A DNA stretch of 64,000 bases from positions 30,219-94,218 of the forward strand of contig CAZCUX010000027.1 of NCBI GenBank assembly GCA_964502005.1. The letters run 5' to 3'. The notes beneath the pieces were generated by a model, which made no database searches, was not told where the DNA came from, and saw nothing but the letters and a program-made list of their open reading frames with translations. The stretch's first letter is position 1, and every line of letters starts with the position of its first letter. Positions 56,526 through 64,000 of the stretch are shown one piece after another. The translations under genes were made by a program, and so were the position numbers. This stretch comes from an uncultured Enterobacterales bacterium (lineage in GTDB: Bacteria > Myxococcota_A > UBA796 > UBA2385).

Positions 56526-56739
56526 CGGTCACAGGATAGAACGCGGGCGGCGGGAACCTTTTCGCTTGGCTCTCCTGCAGGTAGAATTTTTCAATCCACC
56601 TGCCAGAAGTGCCCCTGGAACGTGAAAACATCCACCCTTCCGGTGTCATCATTCGCACGAGCAGGCCCAAAATTCCATTCAAACTTTTCGTTGGAACTCC
56701 GCTGGAGCATTTGTTACCAGCGGCTTTTCGGGACTTCAG

Positions 56740-57531
56740 ATGGACTACTCTGTCAACGTAAATGAAATGGGTGGCTCCGTACGCGTTCACGCCGAAGTGC
56801 GCGGGAACGGCCGCACGACGCTCGTACTGGTTCACGGATGGGGCACCACACGAAGGGTGTGGGATTCCCTCTTCTTGCTCGACCCACCCGACGATGTCCG
56901 TCTGGTCGCCATTGACCTTCCTGGCGTCGGTTGGAGTAGCAAGCCGGATGGGGGGTACTCCATCCGCGGTTGGGCAGCCGCAGTCGCAGCGGTGGTCGAA
57001 CAGCAAGAGGGCGATGTGGTGCTGGTTGGCCACAGTATGGGCGGAACCATCGCGATGGCCACGGCTCTGCTCCTCGGCGAACGGCTCACGCGTTTGGTGT
57101 TGGTCAGTCCCGTTCCCGCATCGGGGGTTCCGCTTCCCGACGAAGCGGTCGCCGCCTATCGTGGCATGGCGGGCACCCAAGCGGGTATGCAGCACATTCT
57201 GGAAAGCATGATGCAGCCAGAGGTTTCCCCCGCGGTGCTCCGGAGCCTCGTCGAAGCATCGGCGACCATCACGGACCGTGCATTTGTGGATGGTCTCGAT
57301 GCATGGCGGCTGGCCAACTTCGCGGATGACTTGGTCCGCCTTCGGATTCCCGTCCGGGTACTGTCGGGAGAACGCGAGCAGCCTCTTACGCCCGACCTTC
57401 TGCGCTGGACGGTCTTGCAGCAAATTCCGGGCGCTACGTTGACGGTCCTCGACGCGGTGGGCCATTACCCGCAGGTAGAGGCACCGGAGGCGTTCGCAAA
57501 GGCGCTCTATACGGCTGCCTTTGGGGCATAG
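56740..57531 (+). CDS. alpha/beta hydrolase
   Basis: LVLVHGWG, VGHSMGG and AVGHYPQVE. Confidence 0.8.
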   Translation: MDYSVNVNEMGGSVRVHAEVRGNGRTTLVLVHGWGTTRRVWDSLFLLDPPDDVRLVAIDLPGVGWSSKPDGGYSIRGWAAAVAAVVEQQEGDVVLVGHSMGGTIAMATALLLGERLTRLVLVSPVPASGVPLPDEAVAAYRGMAGTQAGMQHILESMMQPEVSPAVLRSLVEASATITDRAFVDGLDAWRLANFADDLVRLRIPVRVLSGEREQPLTPDLLRWTVLQQIPGATLTVLDAVGHYPQVEAPEAFAKALYTAAFGA

Positions 57532-57611
57532 GCCGCGCGCCAAAGGGTCGCTCATCCCGAAGGTCTGGTGAAAGCGACAATGTTCCCCGTGAAACACGGG
57601 GCAGACCCTCG

Positions 57612-57653
57612 CTGTCATGACAGAATGTCAAAATCCATGACAAACTGTCACAG
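57612..57653. promoter_or_regulatory. cluster of TGTCA/TGACA half-sites including a perfect 12-nt palindrome
   Basis: CTGTCATGACAG (57612-57623) is followed by TGTCA (57626), TGACA (57638) and TGTCA (57646), in an AT-richer intergenic stretch. Confidence 0.4.
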
Positions 57654-58006
57654 CAGGGTCGTTCTCCTGCGAGATGGCGCTCCGAAGACGATAGGAGCGC
57701 CGCCCCTCCGTGCTCCCGCGGTCTGCGTACGCTGCGCGCATGTAGTATTTCGATTCTTCCGTATTGATGGGTGTTCTTGACCAAATCGCGCGTGAATTCC
57801 CCAACCTTCAGGTAGACGCACCGATCGCGTCTTGCTATGTCAATACAGACGCCAGCCTTGGCACCCCTTCACCCCGCACCCGCTTCGAACACAGCGTCTA
57901 CCGCTGTGTGTTCTGCGCAACCCCCGCGCACCCCGAATCTCGGGAAGAACGTTCGATGCCGGGTCCTCCGCCCTCCTGCATGCCCCCCGCACACGGGAAC
58001 CCCGCT

Positions 58007-58936
58007 ATGTCCCACGCCACCGTTCTTGCATTTGATGAGACTCCCCGCGGATCGGGCGGCTCGGGTGCTGCCGAGCACATCGCCCAGGTTCTTCACGACT
58101 CGGGAGTGGATGTCCCCACTTCGCTGTTCGATGAAGCCCTCGAACTGGCCCGTGAGGGTCGCTTGGCGCCCGCATCCGAACGATTGCGGATGCTCCTCGT
58201 GCTCGACCCCTCGGATGCCGACGCCGCGTTGTTGTTGGGAAAGGTCCTTGCGATGCGCGGTCAGTGGCAAGAGGCCCTCACGCAGCTCGACGCCGCTGCG
58301 GCCAAAGGAGCACGGCTCCCGAAGGGCCTTCGCGACGAGGTTGAGCGCGAGCTGCGGCAAAAGGTCCAGAACGTCGAGTCTCAGCGGGCGCGTGTAGAGT
58401 CCCGCGAGCGCGGAGAGGTGCGCAGTCTTCGGCAAGAAGCACGTCGACTGCGCAGTGAGAGCGCCGTGTTGGAGCAGCAAATCGAAGACCTGGAGCGGCG
58501 AGTCAAAGTGTGGAGTAGCGCCACGGCGGTCGTCGCCGGAAGCGCCACGGCGCTCCTGCTGGCGGCAATGCTCTTTGGTGGCCGCACCGCTTCTACGGAT
58601 GCGCTCGACGGAGTGCCGGAAGTCGTGGAGTCGGAGGCTGCGTTGCCTCCGCCCGCCGAAATTCCCGCCAATGCAGCTCCCGCCGCTGCCGCTCCTGCAC
58701 CGGCTCCCGCAGCCGCAGCGGTGGCGCCCAAGCCCGCTGCCGCTCCTGCACCGGCTCCCGCAGCGCCGGCAGGCGTGGTGGTACACACCGTGCAGAAGGG
58801 CGAAACGCTCGGTCACATCTCGCGGAAGTACTACGGCAAGTCGAGTGAGTGGAAGAAGATTCTCGACTCCAACAAAGATGTGCTTCCTACCGAGAAGGCA
58901 CTTCATCCAGGCATGAAGCTCAAGATTCCTCGTTAG
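58007..58936 (+). CDS. TPR / coiled-coil / TM / LysM protein
   Basis: The C-terminus HTVQKGETLGHISRKYYGKSSEWKKILDSNKDVL...GMKLKIP is a LysM domain. TM segment ATAVVAGSATALLLAAMLFGG. The start is uncertain. Confidence 0.7.
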   Translation: MSHATVLAFDETPRGSGGSGAAEHIAQVLHDSGVDVPTSLFDEALELAREGRLAPASERLRMLLVLDPSDADAALLLGKVLAMRGQWQEALTQLDAAAAKGARLPKGLRDEVERELRQKVQNVESQRARVESRERGEVRSLRQEARRLRSESAVLEQQIEDLERRVKVWSSATAVVAGSATALLLAAMLFGGRTASTDALDGVPEVVESEAALPPPAEIPANAAPAAAAPAPAPAAAAVAPKPAAAPAPAPAAPAGVVVHTVQKGETLGHISRKYYGKSSEWKKILDSNKDVLPTEKALHPGMKLKIPR

Positions 58937-59255
58937 TTTCGCAAACCACAAACCGCCTCTACCCACGCTGCCCTACACCGCGGGCACCCGAGCGGCGGTA
59001 CCGTTGCACGCTGCGTGGTATTTTTCCCACCCAACGTCTCGCACCTTGGGAGAAAGGCGAACGCTGGTTGACGCAACCGTGTCCCAAGAGACCACGACGC
59101 CCGGACGGAGACCGTTCTGGCGTCTTTTCATTTCGAAGGTGCCGCCCCCCCCAAGGAAATTTCAACGAAGGGCGGCGGTGGACGACATGGAACGAATCGT
59201 GGTGGTTCTCGCCGATTTGTTGATGTGTTGGTAGAATTTTTCGAGATCACCCGGT

Positions 59256-60074
59256 ATGGTTTCGAGTGCCCATCGTTGTGTGGGCATGATTGCCCATGTT
59301 CGCCCCAGTCATCTGGCGGTTCACCCCATGCCTCACGATGCACATCGTGAACCGTCGATTCCCGTCGTTGGTTTTCCCCGCGCCAGTGGGCGGTTGTGCG
59401 ATGAGTCTGTGGTCCGGGAGGCGGCGGAGGGCTCCAAAGAAGCGTGGGACGTGCTGTATGCGCTGTATAACACCACGGTCATTGGCGTCTTTTTGTCCCA
59501 TCGCGTTCCTCGCCAACTCGCGCTGGAGCTTGCGCAAGAAGTCTGGATTCGACTGATTTCGAAGGCCAGGAACGGACAAATCGCAAATATTTCCATGCCA
59601 GGCTTGCTGGTGCAAGAGGCATGGTTTCGTGTACGCGACCATTGGCGTCGAAACCAACGAAATCCCATCGAGTTTACCGACACGGTTCCCGATATTGCGT
59701 CAAACGGACCCGATAGCCAGCAACAAGCGTCGGTGCGCGTTGCATTGGCCCATTCATCCCGCTTCTTGATGGCCCTTACACCACGCCAGCGAGAAGTTCT
59801 GGTCCTGCGAATCCAACGTGAACTTGGGTTTGATGAAATTGCAAACCAACTGAACATTTCACTGCAACGTGTTCGCCAGCTCTTCAGCCAAGCGCGCCAG
59901 AGAATGCGCATTATTCGAGACATGCCACCGAATGTACAATTTGTCTATTTGGCCGTCGTCGTAGACAAAAAGTCAGTGCAGCAGCTGGTCGCCGAACTCC
60001 AGGTCGTCGAGTCGGTGATTTGCAAAACTCTCGAAGAAGCCGAAAACCTTATCCATGGGGGGAATTCACAATGA
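59256..60074 (+). CDS. ECF-type sigma-70 family factor with a C-terminal extension
   Basis: Region 2: EAWDVLYALYNTTV...LAQEVWIRL. Region 4: LTPRQREVLVLRIQRELGFDEIANQLNISLQRVRQLFSQARQRM. The start is ATG 59256 or 59328. Confidence 0.75.
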   Translation: MVSSAHRCVGMIAHVRPSHLAVHPMPHDAHREPSIPVVGFPRASGRLCDESVVREAAEGSKEAWDVLYALYNTTVIGVFLSHRVPRQLALELAQEVWIRLISKARNGQIANISMPGLLVQEAWFRVRDHWRRNQRNPIEFTDTVPDIASNGPDSQQQASVRVALAHSSRFLMALTPRQREVLVLRIQRELGFDEIANQLNISLQRVRQLFSQARQRMRIIRDMPPNVQFVYLAVVVDKKSVQQLVAELQVVESVICKTLEEAENLIHGGNSQ

Positions 60075-60859
60075 AAGACCGAAACGATGGTAGAATCCCG
60101 GATACCCAAACGAGTTGGACACCCGACCCGCACGCCGACCACCCGCTTACGTCGGCCCAAGCGCTGCAAGGGAGCTATCAGCCCGCCGAAGAAGACTGGG
60201 ACTCGCTGGCCATAGACGCCGACGAGCAAGTGCTCCTTCATGCGTTGTTCGACGACAAGGTTGCGCAATCCGTCTCGGGAGCGCCGGCCATTTGGAGCGA
60301 CAGCCAAGCACTGCTCGACCCCACCCACGACCCCGATGAGCTGCTGGCCAACGCCATTCGCAGCGCCTCCGAATCCCGGTCCCGATGGTCGTCGTTCCAA
60401 CGATGGATTGGGTCAAGCAAAGGAATTGGCGGCCTTGCCGCTGTAGTGGCGGCTTCTGCGCTCTTCTTCTCGCGCGCGCAACCGGCTCCCGACTATACCG
60501 CGCAGTGGGGAAACGGCGTCGCCGAAGAACGAGGAATAGACGCTACTCTTGGTCGATTTGTCGTGGGCAACGAAGCAGAGCTGGTGCTGTCCGCCGGATC
60601 CGAGGCAAGGCTCGAAGCCCCATCTGTTCGAATATTTGTCCGTCCAAGCGAACAATCCGAGTTTGTCGAGGTTCCCCACAAGCAGAGGCAGATCGCTGAC
60701 AGCCTGCATGTCTTTATCAACATCGACGACACCTTCTCTCCCGGCCGCTGGGATGTGCTTACTTTCGTGGGGGATGACCTCACGCACGAGCACCCACCCA
60801 CGCCGTCGGCCCATGTAGGCGTGGTCCATTCGTCGATGGACATTGGAATCGCGCCGTGA
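60071..60859 (+). CDS. putative anti-sigma factor (single-pass membrane protein)
   Basis: ATGA overlap with the sigma gene. TM segment GIGGLAAVVAASALFF in mid-protein. Assigned by position only. Confidence 0.5.
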   Translation: MKDRNDGRIPDTQTSWTPDPHADHPLTSAQALQGSYQPAEEDWDSLAIDADEQVLLHALFDDKVAQSVSGAPAIWSDSQALLDPTHDPDELLANAIRSASESRSRWSSFQRWIGSSKGIGGLAAVVAASALFFSRAQPAPDYTAQWGNGVAEERGIDATLGRFVVGNEAELVLSAGSEARLEAPSVRIFVRPSEQSEFVEVPHKQRQIADSLHVFINIDDTFSPGRWDVLTFVGDDLTHEHPPTPSAHVGVVHSSMDIGIAP

Positions 60860-63423
60860 AACCAACGTTGCTTGTAGGCGCATTTGCCATCGGATGCGCC
60901 ATCGAGCCAACAGGCGACGAAGGCTGGGGCGTCGGTGGCTGCTTGAGCTTGGTCAACACAAGGGAATGTGTGACAGCGGGGCCTGAACGTATCGTGGTGT
61001 GGGTTCGCGATGGACTGCCTTCCGCACGGCCAAGTGGCGCTGCTGCAACGCCAGAAGCGTTTGCAGGCGGCACCCGCTGGACGTTCTCGGTCGACAAGGA
61101 CACAGACCTCGTCATACCCGCCACCAATGCAGGTCCCGAAGTGCGTGTGCGCGTGCGCACCCACGGCGGCCCATGGCTGAATGCTCTGCGCGCGGGTGCC
61201 CAATGCGCACCGTTTGAACCCGGCGACGACCTCGACCTTCGTGCGTTCTATGCGTCTGGCCTCGCACGGTGTGCTTCCACCGAAAACCCGATGGACACCA
61301 TTCAACAGGCGATTCACCTTCACGCCGAACGGCAGGATTCACTGCGCGTCGGCTGGGACCTCGCGTTTCGTGACCACCTGGCGCAGGACACCCCAACTGC
61401 CGAAGAAATTCCGTGGGCCCCTTCCGCGCATGCACTTGAAGCTCGCTATTTGTGGCTCGAACGCCATGGCCGCACCGCAGCCGAAATCGGAAATCTGGGT
61501 GACGCGGAGAGGCTGTTGGACACCGCCGCCACCATTGCCGCAATCTTGGAGCGCGATGATGAGGGCGCGTGGGAAACCGAGGTTCGCCTCCAACAGATAT
61601 CCAACTTACTAAACGCCGGACGCTCCGTTGAAGCGGTCGCGCTTGCAAACGAAACGGTGCAACAGGCCCAAGAACGCGCACCAAATGGCCAAAGCTGCAC
61701 ACTTGGAATGGCGCTCACCGCACGAGCTTGGGTTGGCTACCAAGCGAAGGAAGACCCTACACCTTTGCTCTCCGACCTCACGAAAGCCGAATCGTTTGCC
61801 GCATTGTGTCGCAGTCCAGATGACTATCGTTGGCATATCCAAGTCAACCGCGCAGCGTTGTTTTTGCAAAATGGCAACCGCGAAGGCGCCGATTCGATTC
61901 TGCTCGCAATGCCAACGGACACAGCACCCGACCCCGACTCTCTCCAGTGGCTCCGGTTGGTTCTCGCGGAGTGGCACCTCCAACACCAACGCACCGAAGA
62001 AGCGCTGCAAATATTGGCTCCACTGCTCAACACAGAGAGCATCGAACGACCCATCTGGCGCGCGTTCGGGCTCGCTGCGCGGGCGCACATCGCGCGCGAC
62101 GAGACCGAGCAAGCATTGCAATTGTTGGAAAACGTCGAGGAGCGAATCCCCGCATATGCAGCCCACGCACCCTTGATTCATGGACGAGGCGCTGTGGTGG
62201 ACGACCTTGTGGAGAACGTCCTGTTGATGGCAAACCTGTTGGAGCAGGCTGGCCGCAACGAAGAGGCATGGGAGGTTCTCCGCCGACACCGGCGAGCGGT
62301 GCTCTTTGACCTCCAACGCTCCGACCTTATCGCCGCGGTAGGTTCCGTCGACGAGCTGCCGTGGTCGACGGTTCGGCAAGAAGCGACCATCATCGCAGAC
62401 ACCGGCGCGCCACTGTCGAGTGACACCGGAATGCTGCGGAGGCCCGTTGATGCGGGCTCGCCATCCCTCAACCAAAACACACAACAGCGGATTGAACAGG
62501 CGATTCGTACCTCCGGCTTGCGCCACGATGCTCCCCTTCGCTCACCCGACCCAGACGAACTGCTCGTGTTCTTGGCCGAAGAAAATGGACAATTGGTGGT
62601 TCGCAGCCAATATGGACAGGAGCATCTTCGGAGCTTTTCCGTCGCATTCGAAGAAGGTGTTGACGAATGGGGACCAGCCGTGCTATCATTGTTGGACAAT
62701 GACATTGCGCGGGCCGCGGTCATCACGCTCTTGCCCACCCGGCAAGCACGCGAAGCCAACCTCTCCCGCGTGTTGTGGCGGGGGGAACCTTTGGGACTCC
62801 AGCGTGTATTGCGCACTAGTTTGGAAATCCGCAATCAAAGCCAAACCAGCCTTCAAGGTGTCCGCAAGAGCATCGTCATCGCAGACCCGCGCGGCGACCT
62901 CGTCCATGCGCGCGAAGAGGGGGAGGCAGTTGCGGCCGCTTTGTCCACCCTGGGGCCCGCACGCCTCATCGCACGAAGCGACGCAACCTTGCCTGCCGTC
63001 GCTTCGGCCCTCAACGAAGGCGTCGATTTTCTCCACTTGGCAGGGCACGCATCGTTCTCCGCCGACGGCTGGGACAGCGCATTTCGCCTTTCCGGTACCG
63101 ACTACCTTTACACTTGGCAAGTCTTGACGCTGCAACGGGCGCCACGGGTTGTCACCATGACGGCCTGTGACTCGTCCCGCACCCAAGCGGGCGCCGCCGA
63201 GCGACTGGGGCTTGCCCAGGCGTTTCTAATTGCCGGTAGTGACGTCGTTGTCGCCGCTGATGCCCCGGTTTCCGACAGATTGGGGAGCGCATTTGGCATC
63301 GCATGGGCCGAAAGTCTCGCCAACGGAAGCCAGCCGAACGACGCCTACCTGGCCGGTCTGCGGGCTGCACATCAGCAAAATCCACAGAGCCGCTGGTGGT
63401 CCTTCCAGATGTTCTCGCCTTGA
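60856..63423 (+). CDS. TPR + CHAT (caspase-like) domain lipoprotein
   Basis: GTGA overlap with the upstream gene. LLVGAFAIGC lipobox and TPR-like helices. The CHAT core reads FLHLAGHASF...VVTMTACDSS (His/Cys dyad). Confidence 0.8.
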   Translation: MKPTLLVGAFAIGCAIEPTGDEGWGVGGCLSLVNTRECVTAGPERIVVWVRDGLPSARPSGAAATPEAFAGGTRWTFSVDKDTDLVIPATNAGPEVRVRVRTHGGPWLNALRAGAQCAPFEPGDDLDLRAFYASGLARCASTENPMDTIQQAIHLHAERQDSLRVGWDLAFRDHLAQDTPTAEEIPWAPSAHALEARYLWLERHGRTAAEIGNLGDAERLLDTAATIAAILERDDEGAWETEVRLQQISNLLNAGRSVEAVALANETVQQAQERAPNGQSCTLGMALTARAWVGYQAKEDPTPLLSDLTKAESFAALCRSPDDYRWHIQVNRAALFLQNGNREGADSILLAMPTDTAPDPDSLQWLRLVLAEWHLQHQRTEEALQILAPLLNTESIERPIWRAFGLAARAHIARDETEQALQLLENVEERIPAYAAHAPLIHGRGAVVDDLVENVLLMANLLEQAGRNEEAWEVLRRHRRAVLFDLQRSDLIAAVGSVDELPWSTVRQEATIIADTGAPLSSDTGMLRRPVDAGSPSLNQNTQQRIEQAIRTSGLRHDAPLRSPDPDELLVFLAEENGQLVVRSQYGQEHLRSFSVAFEEGVDEWGPAVLSLLDNDIARAAVITLLPTRQAREANLSRVLWRGEPLGLQRVLRTSLEIRNQSQTSLQGVRKSIVIADPRGDLVHAREEGEAVAAALSTLGPARLIARSDATLPAVASALNEGVDFLHLAGHASFSADGWDSAFRLSGTDYLYTWQVLTLQRAPRVVTMTACDSSRTQAGAAERLGLAQAFLIAGSDVVVAADAPVSDRLGSAFGIAWAESLANGSQPNDAYLAGLRAAHQQNPQSRWWSFQMFSP

Positions 63424-63455
63424 ATTCTTTGAACTGGTACGCACAGGAGTCCACT

Positions 63456-64000
63456 ATGCTGCAACGCAATGCGCCCATTTTACTTATGTTTTTGCCGATG
63501 GTTGCTATGTCGTGTTGGAGCAATGCGAGCGCGCAAAGCGCCAAAGGTGGCGAAAGTCGGTCTGCACTGTGGGACGGCACCATCATTGTGCACGTGCCAA
63601 CACAACACCCGAGCCAAAAGAACGCCACACGAACCGCGAGAGACGCAGCCAACATTTGCAACACAATGCCCGCGGGAATGACATCCAAGGACCTGTCCAT
63701 CCGTCCGGTGGTATCAACAAAGACGAGCAAGTCCACCAACGCAGACACGCAGCTCGAACGGTATTGCGTCATGCAGCTCAAGAGCGAGCGCGCACTGCAG
63801 CTCGACACGGATTGGGTCACCGCCTTGGACCAATGGGCGACGAAGCAAGGCGTAGAGCTCGCGATGGCACTCCCCACCGCCGTCTCCTTGGGGCTCCCGC
63901 CGTCAACCTCACTCGAATCGCTTGATGCCATCGAAGCAACGCGCGTTTTGGCAGGCACGGACCCCGCGCCGCTCGCAAGTATGTCGGCGAAGAAGGTCCG
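63456..64000 (+). CDS. secreted hypothetical protein; C-terminus lies beyond the window edge
   Basis: Own translation. AGGAG (63445-63449) lies 6 nt before the ATG. MLQRNAPILLMFLPMVAMSCWSNASAQS signal peptide. The frame is open to 64000. It is not in the ORF track because there is no stop in the window. Confidence 0.55.
   Translation, partial: MLQRNAPILLMFLPMVAMSCWSNASAQSAKGGESRSALWDGTIIVHVPTQHPSQKNATRTARDAANICNTMPAGMTSKDLSIRPVVSTKTSKSTNADTQLERYCVMQLKSERALQLDTDWVTALDQWATKQGVELAMALPTAVSLGLPPSTSLESLDAIEATRVLAGTDPAPLASMSAKKV

Noticed and set aside
1-64000. CRISPR arrays, rRNA or tRNA genes, transposases, integrases and prophage genes
   Set aside because: None were found by eye. The only tandem repeats are in-frame coding 15-mers (32044-32130). 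I saw no flanking direct repeats or recombinase that would mark the retron locus as a mobile island.

Overview
High-GC chromosomal segment whose gene content looks myxobacterial or deltaproteobacterial: many lipoproteins, FG-GAP and lamin-tail-domain proteins, DUF1552/DUF1592 pairs, TAT signals and a myxobacteria-style retron RT. This taxon call is inference. I support about 50 protein genes. No rRNA, tRNA, CRISPR array, transposase or integrase was recognisable. Housekeeping genes include mnmG-rsmG, lpxD, a korAB 2-oxoacid:ferredoxin oxidoreductase operon with a GltD-like/ferredoxin fusion, an RluA-family pseudouridine synthase, a UbiB/ABC1 kinase and a MurE-like ligase. The outstanding locus is 10808-17487 on the + strand. 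It holds a 1005-aa WGR-like/helical-repeat protein and an overlapping 557-aa SWIM zinc-finger protein. Next comes a 472-nt non-coding gap with a textbook retron msr-msd architecture: 16-bp a1/a2 pairing, a small stem-loop, and a ~115-nt hairpin with an 18-bp perfect core. A 508-aa retron-type reverse transcriptase follows (NAxxH, YADD and VTG signatures). Neither accessory protein shows an obvious toxic domain. I read this as a candidate tripartite retron defence system of a rare, functionally uncharacterised kind. Second-tier items are listed below.
- A seven-gene translationally coupled operon (31900-40264) of lipoproteins, an outer-membrane barrel, lamin-tail domains and HKD/PLD nucleases, possibly for surface DNA capture and degradation.
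- An ECF sigma / anti-sigma / TPR-CHAT lipoprotein operon (59256-63423).
- Several structured or repeat-bearing intergenic regions.
Start codons were refined by eye from RBS and signal-peptide context. Many long ORFs in the supplied track are antisense shadow ORFs typical of high-GC DNA and were rejected. All family assignments come from motif recognition, not database searches.
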